A stretch of 64,000 nucleotides of DNA from Chrysomallon squamiferum (taxonomy: Eukaryota > Animalia > Mollusca): contig CM022673.1 of the NCBI GenBank assembly GCA_012295275.1, positions 17,360,001-17,424,000 on the forward strand, written 5' to 3'. The notes under the pieces are model-generated. The model saw only the letters and a program-made list of their open reading frames with translations. It ran no database searches and had not been told where the DNA came from. This document shows, one piece after another, positions 12,488-26,772 of the stretch. Positions within the stretch are counted from its first letter, which is position 1. The number at the start of each line of letters is the position of its first letter. The position numbers and the translations under genes are program-made.

Positions 12488-13497
12488 ATAAAAACCACAC
12501 CAAGAACTAATGTATAAACAGAAGATGATTTGTTATACACTGAGTCAAAAGTAGCCTCCAATGTCTGTTTTTCGGCTGTCAAATTCTTTCTGAAATTGAA
12601 ATGGTAGAAACATAGCAGCGCATTGTTATGGAATACAGAACTGCATTTTAAAGTTATATTAAAACAAGTAAAATCTATATATATATATAATAAAAATAAA
12701 AAGTAATCGATAATAACAAGTTAATAAAAGGTAGTGATAATGTATCCGAAGACATCTGATGTGGGAGGTAAATTGTATTTTTACGTATAATTCAGGTGAA
12801 TTTGCTCTTATTTATTTATTTTATGAGGATTTATATCAAATTATGGCTTTGAAATTGCTTATGAAACAAATAATAATTTTTAATCGATAATTGTAAATAT
12901 TCGTTTATTTTGTATTTCCTTTCATTTCACGTATTATATTAAAAATTGTGTTTTGATGATATATCCATAATTTTACTTCATAATCTACATGGGTCATTAA
13001 GTAAATACAAATCAATGGCTATTGTGGTAATATTTCTGTTCACTGTCACATAAACATTTAATAAAATTACACAATAAATTAAGACCTGTTATTTTATGTT
13101 AAATAGAAATATTTTCATATATTTGTGAATTGGATATAACAGTATCGAACCAGCAGACTTTATATGTATTTCCTTTTGACTGTTTATCATCAGATTCAAA
13201 CATTAATAAACAAACTGAAAAAAGGACCCTTTCTATTCGGCATTTTCAAAATGGAATATATTTGTAAATACAATGTGAAATTGAATTATGTAAGAGGAAA
13301 TACTGGAGATGCCTGTTGTCTATATTTCATTTCAGGTGTTTATCGTTGGATTCAAAATATTAATTAACAAATTTTAAAAATTTTAATTATTTATAATTTG
13401 ATTTAATTTTTTCCTAAATAAGGGGTGTTTACAAAATGAAATAAGTTTTTTGATACAAACAGAAATTTAATTTTTAATAATGCATGAAAAGAAAAAT

Positions 13498-13546
13498 TGA
13501 AAATGCCGGGTATTGAACCCAGGATCTTTCACATCTAAAGGGAATG
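13498..13546 (-). pseudogene. Decayed 3' two-thirds of a tRNA-Ala gene
   Basis: tgaaaatgccgggtattgaacccaggatctttcacatctaaagggaatg aligns without gaps to the intact copy with about 10 mismatches; D-arm and 5' acceptor strand are missing; anticodon position reads TAG. Confidence 0.85.
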
Positions 13547-13593
13547 GGACAAAAATAAAAATAAATAAATGAAATTTTTACCTTTACAACAAT

Positions 13594-13665
13594 TGGAGAT
13601 GCCGGGTATCGAACCCGGGGCCTTTCACATGCAAAGCGAACGCTCTACCACTGAGCTACATCCCC
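13594..13665 (-). tRNA. tRNA-Ala-TGC: tRNA-Ala (anticodon UGC), copy 2
   Basis: 72 nt identical to copy 1. Confidence 0.97.
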
Positions 13666-13984
13666 TTTGTAAAATTATGCGAAATAATAGAGAAAAAGAA
13701 AATGAAAATAAATAAATAAATTCTTGCTTTTCTGACATAATGTAATAGAAATTTAATATATATAATATCCTAAACTTGCCTAAATGACACATTATGATGT
13801 TGGCAAGAGATTATTATTCTCCTCATTATTGCAGTCAACGTAAAACATCTAAGACCTAATGCCTGAATTATTAAATGACTAACAGTAATTGAAAATAGGA
13901 CTGCGTAACACTACTAACAGTCACTGAAGAAATGTGAAGTCCCAAGCTTAATGTCAACACAAAGAATCATCATCATCATCATCA

Positions 13985-14021
<37 letters not shown>

Positions 14022-14599
14022 TGGTATCATCACTATAACTATTAAAGTAAAATTAATTACCGTCAAGATGAGGTAATTAAGTAACATCCGGGGAAACAAA
14101 CAAATAAATAAATAAATAATAACAACAGCAGCAGCAGCAACAACAACAACAACAACATCTTAAAAAAAAAAAAAAAAAAAAAATAAAAAAAAGCCTTTGT
14201 TCGTGTTCAAGGGCTTTAATTCGGATTAGTAATCTTTTTATTTCAAGTGACAATCTGCGTTTTAATTTATGTTAAAATGGCGCCCTGTCAAAGAATAATG
14301 TTAATTGTAACGGTTTCCCTGGCATAATTAGTTAATCACGTCGAACAAACATCGTCGCCATCGTTAAAAAGAACTGCAAGACGTCACACTTGGCGGCAAG
14401 ATGTCGCCGCACGTGCGTGACGATGTGCATGCGATGCACCAGTTGGCCGTGGCGGGGCAGACGACGTGTTAGTAATGGCAGGATCGTTGATCGTGGCATC
14501 TGCTGCTGTTTAAACATGCATGCAAATTTAATTTTAACTTTTTATTTGATAACTGTATTTGTTAAGTGAATTCTGTGTAAGCACAAGCTTTATGGCGTT

Positions 14600-14632
<33 letters not shown>

Positions 14633-15644
14633 CATCGTGAAACAAAGGAAGACAATCCCTATTAAAAAAATAAAATGATAATAAAATAAAAAGAAAGATG
14701 AAAAAGTTAATTCATTCTCATATCCCGGTCTTCTTTTAAAACGAAAATTTATGATTCAGACTTACTGAAATAACTTGATTTACACAGTATTTGTATTTAT
14801 GCTTACTTGTTTGGGCAAGTTAAAATGAATACCTTGAAACGACAGTTATTTGAAAGCCTTCAGCTCTACAACCTTTTTTCAAGTAATAATAATAGTTATG
14901 CTAATAAACACAAAAATCTTCATTAATTCTGATTACTTTTAAACGAAATTAATTTTTATTTAGGTCGACAGTTATCTCTGTCGTTTTAGCACTGCCTTAT
15001 CTCTCCAGCAGAAGACCGAGAGTCACTCATCATCGATGCTCTGTGTAAATGGGTGGAAATTAAGTATACGTCAGATAGAGCTGTTATCGTGGTAGACCGT
15101 GTGGCACCGGTAAGCCGTCGCTAAGTGACTATTTCCTCTCCTGTTTTGCCAACACGATGCACTGAATGTCAAAACAAAATTGTTGTATACTACTTATAGA
15201 CAGACCCGTGTCAAAAGTGCAAACGAGGCCGTACGTTATTTTCTCCAGAAACGTTTTATTGACTAATGATATATTTATTTTTTTAAACAAAAATTGTATT
15301 TTAGGAGAGTATATTCTCTAAAAATCGAGAACAATCCAGTAGGCATAACCAGACGTACGTAAACAATTGAATATTCATTCCTAAATACATACATCCTTAG
15401 TCGGGATTCTGCCATTCACAGGTATCAGTGGAGCACATTCCCAATACATTAACTTTAAAAATAATTGATAATGAATAATAAATAAATCGCATCAGATAAC
15501 ATTAAACACATGCATGTCTTTATATTGCACAATAATTAACTGTATACAATCTCAGTTTTAATACAATAATGCTTTTTATTATTATTTTTTTTAAATTAAT
15601 TGTATTTATTCATTTCATTTGGTAGCCTGAGACATGTGATGTGT

Positions 15645-15698
<54 letters not shown>

Positions 15699-15980
15699 AA
15701 TATATATATCTGCTAAATATTATATTTGTTATTTTCAACCAAAATCATATTTTTTCTTTATTTTTCAAATCTACGAATTAAACATTTATATATTCAGTCC
15801 TTTCTCTTTTACTAGCAACCCTTCTCGTATTCTTCATTACAAATCCTCGATAAATTCGATTATCAAGGTCATTTTCTTATCAGAATCTTCTTTAATTTCA
15901 CCATATTAATTTCTCCGTGCACATAAACTAACTGGTCAAAGACAGTGATTTCCTGTCTATGGGTAGGTCTATATGATCAG

Positions 15981-16535
15981 TGGTAACTTCGGACTTCGGT
16001 AATTTCGGACCGGTAATCTCGGCCCCCTTTTAAATTGTTGGAGATCTTGATTCAGAATTATTTCCTACTCCCTAGATGGCAGCACTGATGCTTGCATGTA
16101 AAAATGCTTTGTAAAGTTCAGTGATTTGGAACTCTTCTCACATATGTGGATCTGCCTCGGTTCTTGGTTTTAATGATTATTACTGAGTTAACAGTAATAA
16201 CGGTATTAGCCAAGCAGTATGCATCTAGACTGTAAAATATAAATGTTGTTGGATCTAATAAAGACGGAATATATAGTATAAACTGTGTTATTTGGCGTGA
16301 ATGAACATGTGGGTGAAAAACTTACATACATACACACGCACGCATACTTACACATACACATTTAACAGTTTATTTAATAAAGACGGAATATATAGTATAA
16401 ACTGTGTTATTTGGCATGAATGAACATATGGGTGAAAAACTTACAAACATACACACGCACGGCCACTTACACATACAGGTTTCCAGTCCGAAGTTACCAG
16501 TCCGAGATTACCGAACTCCGATTACCGTAATTCGG
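15981..16535. mobile_element. Non-autonomous foldback-like DNA element with tandem subterminal inverted motifs and an internal 119-bp direct repeat
   Basis: Left end tggtaacttcggact/tcggtaatttcggac/cggtaatctcggc; right end agtccgaagttacca (16485-16499, exact inverse of the first left motif) and gtccgagattaccga; internal repeat units start at 16256 and 16375. Confidence 0.7.
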
Positions 16536-17932
16536 TGTATATAACAGGTTACTTACTGATAATCGGTTAGAGTAGCACTTTGAGTGACAGAAACAGTTTT
16601 ATTCTTTCATATTATTATGGAAAACTGGTTAATATCTAGCTAGCTATCTCTCAGTCTGCTTAATATGACGTTTTTTCAAATCTTTTTCAAAAGTGCCAGA
16701 TGTGAAATATTTTATTTTATTTTATTATTTTAATGTAGCAAATTGTTGTAGTTTTTGTTTCTCAGTAATTGGTCAAAATGTGCAATTATAAATATAAATA
16801 TATTTTAACATGTAAAATGGCACTATTAATGGTATTTTAATAAGTTCATAACAGAGTTATAACATTAAATATTTCAATCAAGTGATTTCGTTAAAAATGA
16901 ACATGACAAAGAGTTATCGTTCGTTCATTTTCGCTCTCTACGGTTTTGTCGTTTAACGTACTGTCGTGATAAAACGAAATAAAATCTGGAGAGAGTTTTC
17001 ATCAGGGAAATAGGCCTCGAGAATTTGTAATAAAAAAGATTAAATTTGAAATATACATCACTTTTAACGTGACGTCTTTTTTTCATTCACGATTGGACGG
17101 AGTAAAAAGTTTTATTGATCGCCAGTCTCTGGGCGCCATGGCGGAACATGCCACTCTGTTTTACATAATGACAAGTTGCTTTTCGATGATCTTTTCTTGC
17201 TCATCACGTAATTGTTCAGCCTGAGCGAATACGTTTAACACCAAGCATACTGTGGTTCCTATGTTTGTCTGTTAGTACGATGGCAATTACCCTTTTGTCA
17301 GGCTTAGCTGAGATAGTTAATTTTTTAAAGATAGGATAGTTCTTATGTCACGTTATTAATTTTTTTGAGTATTTTCAATCATGAGAAAGAAAATTACTTT
17401 TACAACTTTGTCGCTTACATGATAACTAAATATTTTATTAATCTAATGCAGTGTTTTTTTCCTCGTTTTTTTTTTTTTTCTTTTTTTTTTTTCTTCTGTT
17501 TTAAGTCTCAGTTAATGTATCAAAACGATTTTTTTTAATCTTTTTTTTTTTTTTTTTAAAAGAAAGAAAAAAGAAGAAAAGAAATAGTTATCGTTTTCTG
17601 GGGGGGTTTAAGTAGAAAAAATATCAACAACAACAACAATAATAATAATACAACTACTCAGTATGAATAATATGTTACGCAATAATACCGAAAATATAAG
17701 TATCTGATATACTTTATTACGTAACGCGGGTCATTTGAGTAATGGGTGGGGAATCTTTTTTGTGATCACTTAGATAAACATCTATACACGAACCTGTTGT
17801 GTCATTAACAAAATCAATGAAACTTACACAAGCAACAATTCTTTCTTTTTTTCGTGGGTTTCGTTTCTTCTTCTTTTCTATTTGTATTCGGTTTCGTTAA
17901 TTTCTTCTTATTTCTATTTGACCATGAGAGAG

Positions 17933-18017
<85 letters not shown>

Positions 18018-18237
18018 GCAGATAAAGAGATACAGAAAAAGGCACAAAGACACGAGATAGGAGAGGGAGGCGGAGAGAGGGGGAAAGGCAGAGTGTGACT
18101 TATAGATTATATATCTAACGTTTTCTAATTCTTTCAAGATATTATTTGACGTTTAAAAAAGAAAAATAACCAAAAACAACAACAACAAAAAAAACAAAAA
18201 ACCCAACTGAAAACAACCTAGTAATAAATAATAATAA

Positions 18238-18272
<35 letters not shown>

Positions 18273-18785
18273 ATCGAAACATTTCAAACCATTATGTTAT
18301 TCCAGTATTAGACATCGCGTCGTGGATTAACTTAATACCAGTATAATCCATGAGGGATAATTAAGTTATGTCTAATAATTAACGTAATTTCCACTCATAC
18401 AGCATTCTTGAAGCCAGTGGCCTGGGGAGCGTTTGAATCAGACGACAGCAGACGCCATGTGATATGAAATCGGCTTTGTCCGACAACCTTCGCGCTTCCG
18501 TGTGGAAAATTGCAGACGACAGTTGTTTTGTCCGCCGTGGACTGAGAGCTCACGTTGTAACAGATTTCTGTTTAAGTTTGCCGCTTTGTTCTCTGTATGC
18601 AAATCTTTATTCAGACGACGTTATTATTTGAGACAGTTTTCCTTTGAGACAAAAAGCTTTGCTGGGAGACTAGGGGAGATTACCCGAAGACAATAAAAGG
18701 AATTGCGCGATAAGAGATCATGTAAGAATATTTCAGCTATTTATACGTGCCGATTCCTGGACACAGTTGAAGAAATGTTAGAAAG

Positions 18786-18824
<39 letters not shown>

Positions 18825-18838
18825 AACGTAAAAAAAAC

Positions 18839-18879
<41 letters not shown>

Positions 18880-21090
18880 AGAGAGAAAAAGAAGAAATAT
18901 ATATAAAATAATAATAATAAAATAAAATAAAATAAAATAAAATAAATAAATAAAACTAAATAGTTCATTTCATAGACAAATGTCTGTCTTTAGCGGCAGT
19001 CTCCAAATAAAACATTTGGGAGAACGATCCTGTGCATGAGGGAAGAAGGCAAAGAAAAAAGTGAAGAAGAAGAAGAATAACGAAGAGAAGAAACGAAAAA
19101 AAAACAAATTAGAAAGAGTGTGATATAATAACAGCAAAAAATAAAAAATAAACAGTAATGAGGGTTCGGTTAGAATACACACACACACACACACACACAC
19201 ATACATACATACATACATACATACATACGCACATACATACATATATAATTGCATATATATATATATATATTATTTCGTCATTTAATACCGTTATGTTAAT
19301 AGTAAACAGTAATATCTATTATCATTTAGAATAAATACAAGACTTGATAATAAATTATTGAATACTTCACGTCTACAATTAATCTCTGTTGTATCTCATC
19401 TTATCTCTCCGTCGTATGTAGTAACAATTGCTTATTATAACATGACAGCTCCGATCTATACCGAGACAAGCAAACAGCCAAAGATACGGCATATTAAATT
19501 TACTTAATAAAGTGGATACAATGGTTGAAACATCTAGCTTGTGCTTTGACAGTCTGGAAGGGGTACATTGCTTTGAAACACAATATCTTGCGAAGCTCGG
19601 TTCATTTTATGTTAATGTCATGTCACGTGATTTACACCGGTATTATTTTCAGGGGGAACTATTCTGTGAACATCGACATTGTAATGCAGCTTAAAGGACG
19701 ATTACAGTTTTGATATATCTTCCTGTCAGACGCACAAAGTGTGACACCCGCGGATATCTTTGTCGTCTTGTAATTTTTTTTAATTTTTTTTTTATTTCAA
19801 AAATCAAAGCTGTTAAATAATTTCGTCTTAAAGATCATGCTTGTAGGCATCCATATATTATCTCTCTCTCACATCCATACACGTACGCAAGCACTCACAC
19901 CTATATTCATATGCAAATACGTACATAATCAGATAGTACACAATACAGATACACGTAAGTACATCTTTGTAGTGGAGAGAGGAAAAGGTAAATGGATGAG
20001 AAAAAAATAGTAAACGATAAATAAACTAATACATAAACATTGAAGGAGAGACATACTCACTAACACAAGGACCGACAGATGGATACACTACTACCTCTGC
20101 ATAAATAATGTACTAGAAATCAGTGACTGATTAGTAAGTTCGTAGAATGAAGTCAGACTTTTAATTACATAGAGATTAATGTTTAATGCGTCTTTCTTTA
20201 TCATCAACAGTTTAGTCTCTAATTAAAGTTGATTTACTCTCTATTACCATTAAACTGTTACTATTTATTTACTATTACTACTACTGCTTCTACTACTGCT
20301 GTTGCTGCTGTAGCTACTACTACTACTACTACTACTACTACTATCAGTGGTAGTGTTTCTACGACTACTATAGGTACTAATACTATTACAAAACCGACCG
20401 CTACTACTACTACTATTACTATTATTATTATTACTATTGTTGTGTTGTTGCTGTTGCTGTTATTGTTGTTGTTGTTTATTTTATTATTATTGCTGCCGTT
20501 GTCTTGTTGACGTAATTGTTGTTGCTATATGTATTCAGCTTCAATATTGCTATAGATATAGATTATTATTATAACCAGCAAACATCTGTATCACTCTATC
20601 AAATTAAAGCCTTCTGGAAAATCGAAATTTCAAGCAATAAACCTGGATGATGTAAGACATACAGACGCAAGTTCGATATCAGTACTGATGTACCGCTTTT
20701 CAATCAATAGGGTTCCGAATTTAAGATGAATAACGGTGTTTTCGACATATAAAGTTGTCTGTTGAATTCCAGCCGTCGATTCGTAATTCTTTTTCCGTGT
20801 TTTACCGTCGCCCCATTCTACTCTCTTTACACATTAAATAAATTATTAGGTTTATGTAGGCGCGTAATTCCAAATTTGCAATGTAAAGCAGATCATAAAA
20901 CAGATATAAATAAGTGAAAACGGAATATATGATTTCTTAAGTAGAGAATATAATCCTGTGTTTAAGTCTGTTGAGAAATTACTATTCATTGTTGTTTTAT
21001 TGTAGACACGTGACATAATTACTCTTTATTGCAGAATTTCTGACTGGGAAGGGATATGTTAATGGTGTTTCACTTAATAGAGGCAGTTAC

Positions 21091-21139
<49 letters not shown>

Positions 21140-21165
21140 GTGATATACAGACAGCCAGCCAGAGA

Positions 21166-21344
<179 letters not shown>

Positions 21345-21699
21345 TTTAAATGCACAAATTCCGATCAGCGGTTGATAATAAATGACTATAATATGTGTGT
21401 TTTGACGTCTATGTGTTCACTCACCGTGTTAATCCGCGATGCAATCTAGTTCGCTTCACACCAGGATACCAAGCAAAATGTCTTGACGAAAAAACAATCG
21501 AATAATGAATGCACCGTATGTTATGGTAATAAAACACCAAGATAACACATCGGTTACGCTTTTACATTTTCATCTAACTAGCGTTTATGCGACAGTTTTT
21601 TGTGTTTTCTCACATTCTCTTGTTAATAACAATAAAAGAGATTTCACTTCTGTACCGAAACGCCAGAATATAGCGGCATGATCAAACAGTTGTTTTGTG

Positions 21700-21734
<35 letters not shown>

Positions 21735-22401
21735 GTTTTATTTATATTTATAAAAGAAATCAGTTTTACCGTGAATCAGATAAACTGCGCCGAACTTACA
21801 CTGCTAAGAACTGTAGTAAATATATATATATATATACTATTCTATGTAGGTATGGATGGCTAAACCTTTAGATGTGTGGATTTATTTATGTTATTATGTT
21901 TGTGCATACATGTATGTGTGTGTGTGTGTGTGTATATGTTTTTGTATGTCTGTATATATATAATGTTTGTGTGTTTACATGAATGTATATGTGTGTGTGT
22001 GAGAGAGAGAGATTTGGAGGAAAGTGGAGCAAAAAATAAATGGAAGGAAACAAATTATTAAGATGAAATAAAATAAAATAAAATAAAATAATAATTATCA
22101 AAATCAAGAGAAAGATACTTAATAATTTTATGTCATTTCGCTCAACCTATACTTTGAATTTGATGAGCATATTTTGTTTTTATCTCACTGTTTCATGACA
22201 ACCAAAGACAGAACATAATCCACGATAACATTTTTATTAACTCCGTTTCCCAGCAACGTCACTTAAAAACGTTGTACTCTTCCGTCTACCAATAATAAAA
22301 TGTTTATGTGCCGCTTCAAACAGCCGAGATTTTCTTATAATTTTATATAGCAGCATTTATACTTATATAATAGTTAAAATATTATTACTGCTAAATTAAT
22401 A

Positions 22402-22438
<37 letters not shown>

Positions 22439-24695
22439 ATATATGTAAGTGCATATATACATACATACATACACACTATACATACATACATACATATATA
22501 CACACTATTTTCTTTAATATTAAGAAACATTTTGAAGACAGAAGGATTGAAAGATAGAATTCTCTCGCTGTATCTACTTGGTATCTCCCGTTGTGACTGT
22601 TAGTCTGCTACTTGTGTTGCCCAAACTTTAATATTCGCTTTGTTACTTACGTGTTTGTACATACAAAATTCTTTTTCTATAAATAGAGAGTAGCAGTAAT
22701 ATCCTCTCACGATGAATATATATTTAACATCCAACAACCATAAAACAAATATAAAGTGTTGACATATCATTAAAACAGCTGTCATCAAATCAAACTCATT
22801 AATATATGTCAGCTATACTCTATGAAATGGTTATCTTATGCATACTGTAAACATGATGTTTTTTTAACCTCTAAAATTATGTATACCTGTATCTGCCTCT
22901 ATCTGTCTGTCTATCAGTCTGTCTATCTATCTATCTATCTATCTATCTGTCTGTCTATCTATCTATCTATCTGTCTGTCAGTTCGTTTAATAGATAAGAT
23001 AGAGAGATAGTCAGATAGAAAGCAAGAGAGATATAAATATTTAAGTGGTTTTCTTTATGAATAATAAACGTATTTTGGAGAAGAAAAAAAAACGTATTTT
23101 GCTTAACAAGCATCTTTGTTACTATTTAGCTTTTCATCTTTCTTACTTTGTTGGTTGTTTATAATGTTTAATTTATTGGTAAAAAAGCAGGATGTTTCAA
23201 TACAAAATTCAAACTCAGGCAAACGTTTTGAACCTCAATCATTTTTATGTTTATGGATGATAAATTGTTTTGATAGACTGTTTTTCTTCACTGTAACGCT
23301 GAATTAGACGTGGCCCAGTGCACGCCCCAACGTCCGGGTTATCACGTTATTAAAGACACGTGACAAACTTACGGTTACGAGTCAGATGGAACCAGAAATC
23401 CTTGACTCGCTATCTGTGATGATCAGCAGCAGATAGTAAACAGTCTGCTGAGTACAAAACCACGAAACTGTCAGTTGTGTGGACACAGGAATGTTGTGTG
23501 AAAATAGATCCGTTGTTGTCGCTGTATGTGTCTGTTAATATATTTCTCTCTTTATCTATCTTGCACTTTAAGGCTGTATCCCAGACATTTTGCTTCATTC
23601 TTTTCTTCTTCTCCCCCCTCCCCCGCTGTCGTCTTTTTCTTATGTTCTAGCTCTTTGTCATTGTCTCAGATATTTTCATTAAATTGAAACTACATTATTT
23701 TTCTTATTCTTTCTCTCCCACTCTCTCATTCCCTCTCTTATTATCTCTTTCTCTTCCTCTCTCTCATTTAGAATTACAATTTTATTTTTCTATATTTCGC
23801 CATAAACTATCACCAGCATTGTTATTTTCATTAACAATATCACAACGATTGCATCAGAAAAAAAAACACTCTATTAATATTCCCTTCTCTACCCTTTCTC
23901 TTACTAATAACATAATTTTCCATTTTTGGAAGAAAAAAAAGGATATTGTAAAATTTTCATTCACTGAAACGAGTCCTTGTTCCGCGCTCTACGAAATGGC
24001 AAACGTCCAGACTCTAGCTAAATTATCACTATCTCTTTGGCTGATTTAATGTGATTTGTTTAAATTGCGCCAGTGTTTGGCACATTTGCCTTCTTCCCAC
24101 TGCGCCAATATAAGCGGAACGCTTCGGTGCGTGAAAGGGCACATTTTGTAACTGGAATCTAAGCAATGACTTTTGCAGAAGTGATCATTTCGACGATCGA
24201 CGAACCTGTAGATGGCGCTCCAGTCCATTTCGCGTCTGCTTCCGTGTTGATCTATTGCAAATAAAAGCCTGTGGCGCCAGCACTAGTCAAGCGATTGTTA
24301 GGACAGGTCCATTTACAGCGGTGGTGCGGGGATTTAGATAAATCTAAGACAGAATTCATTATCTTAAGCAAAAAGAAAATAAATAATATAATTATGTGCG
24401 GGTGCAAAAGAAAATCGATAATATTCGACATCTCTGTGCTCATAAAAGTATCCTGTGTTGTTGTTGTTTTTACATTTTAAAATAGTTTATACACAACTAT
24501 CGGTCTAATAAATAGTCTATAATTATAGCACCCATTTCTAAAGATTTTCATTTCAGCACCACTGACTAAACTGTTAACATCTGGAGAATCAGACACTTTG
24601 CAAACCTTTCCACATCCGCGTTGTATTATCCTCATCAGCAACTCTGATTTAACAAAAGAAACAAATTAACGATAAAATAACAATAAACAGATTAC

Positions 24696-24767
24696 TGGAG
24701 ATGCCGGGTATCGAACCCGGGGCCTTTCACATGCAAAGCGAACGCTCTACCACTGAGCTACATCCCC
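24696..24767 (-). tRNA. tRNA-Ala-TGC: tRNA-Ala (anticodon UGC), copy 3
   Basis: 72 nt identical to copies 1 and 2, with different flanks. Confidence 0.97.
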
Positions 24768-25420
24768 TTGTTGGCTCTGTATAAGAAAACATTTTAAATC
24801 CTTCGAACTTATTATTTTAGTTATTTTTGGAGAATAGACTTAGCTAATAATAAAGTATAAAAATAAAGTAGTTCCATTACAAAATCTTAATTTTGACCTA
24901 TCCCAAATGTCCTCTTTAGAACATCTTCTTACAAAAAAAGAAAATAAATAAATAAAATTAAATTAAATTAAAAAAAGAAAGAAATATAAGAACATACAAT
25001 AAATAATTTTTTTTTTTTTTAAAGTTATTGTTTTGCTCCTATGTTCTAGACTATACAAAAAAAAAAAAAAAAAAAAAAAACACCTTAAAAGCTAGGCTCT
25101 GTTGATAATAAATAAAATATGAAATTTATTACAAGGAAACACATGCGCTGCTATAGAAGTAGTCATCAATCAAAAGCTATCTAGAGATTACAACACATTT
25201 ATATATCACATTATAAAATTGTTATCGCCTTTTATTGCATATAAATTCTGAATGGCTTATGTTTCATGAAAACACTCCACACTAGAGATAAGATGTAAAA
25301 AGTTGCAATATAGGCAAGTGAAGGAACGAAGACTTAGCTAGAGAAAAAGAATAAGAGAGAATCAGAAATAGACTGAGAAAGAAAAAAATGTAGATAAAAA
25401 AAAAAAAATGTAATAGAGAT

Positions 25421-25538
<118 letters not shown>

Positions 25539-25645
25539 GCTCTGATGCATAGTCTACTTTTACCATTGCTGTCACTCATATAATTTGCATTGCTTATGAA
25601 CTTAATATATCGTATGTGTGTTTGTGTGTGTTTAAAAAAAGAATG

Positions 25646-25763
25646 TAGGAATTTTACTACCTTATCCAGCATCACCACCAACGACAATAACAGCAACAAC
25701 AACAATAATATTAATGATAACAATAATAACAGTAATAGTAATAATAATAAATAATAAAAGCAA

Positions 25764-25832
<69 letters not shown>

Positions 25833-26235
25833 CAACAACAGAAGCAATAATAATAATAATTTAACAACAACAAGAGAAAGATACTAAGGCAGTTAACTAT
25901 TAGCTTTTTCTCATTCCTGCCAGTATCTGTTCCCTGGTTTACAGAAAGCTGCCATGTATTAGGTGTTTTTCCATAAAGGAAGATGCATGTAAAATATATT
26001 TTATAAATAATCAATAGCGGAATGGGGAAAATGACAACAGCGGGTTTCCTTTCTACAACTTTCATATATCAAATGTGTGTTTGATATCTGACAACAATTC
26101 ATAGAATATCTTTTTGTAGTGGTGTTGAACTCATTTTTTAATTAATTTTTAAAAACGATTGAAAATTAATTGTAACTAATTTCCTGTAAGCAAATTAAAG
26201 AAAACAAAGAAAGAAAAAAAGACAAAAGAAAAACA
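25646..26235 (+). repeat. Direct repeat copy 1 (~590 bp): (AAT)n compound microsatellite plus a heavily decayed SINE-like segment
   Basis: Near-identical to 52349-52953. Confidence 0.95.
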
Positions 26236-26269
26236 GGAACAAGTGTTTTAAGCCGCACTCTTCGCGAAA

Positions 26270-26772
26270 AGCTTTTAAACGACGACTTCAATTAATAATT
26301 AAAATTCATTACTATTTCACTGCGGCTCGCTACGTCAATGACATCTCCACAAAAGATAAACAAACACACTTTGTTCATTTTGCAAAAGAACTCGCCCCTA
26401 ATCCACCCCGCCATGTTTACACAAACAACAAACACTGAAATCGTCGCGCGCGCGCTTCTACGGTTCTGGGAACACAGCGCTCGTTTTAAAAGCATAACAT
26501 TTTCACAAACTGTTAAATATGTAAACACTAGAACCGAGCTCGAGGATTCGAACCAATCGCCGTTCGGCTAGAAATCTTATCTTCGAGCTAGCCAAGCGTT
26601 GCCTGTCGTCTTCGCCTGCCCTCCGCTTTCAGTTTAAAATGTTCGGCTGGCTGCGCTAGTTCGTCAGTCGACGGAGAGCGGCGAGAGACGGTTTACGTTA
26701 ATTCTCCGACTAGCAGAGACAAAAAGCCACAATATTGGGATTTTTAAAAACTATTTTCTCCACCGCTAGGCC
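26270..26772 (+). promoter_or_regulatory. CpG-rich promoter and 5' UTR of the BAMBI-like gene
   Basis: Dense CpG, GC-box-like ccaccccgcc (~26403), CCAAT (~26553), TTTAAAA at 26633 about 33 nt before an Inr-like TCAGTC at 26664, directly upstream of gccATGg. Confidence 0.65.

Noticed and set aside
13498-13546. Anticodon-switched tRNA (TAG anticodon on an Ala body)
   Set aside because: The 5' acceptor strand and D-arm are missing and the stems are mutated, so it cannot fold as a tRNA; kept only as a pseudogene.
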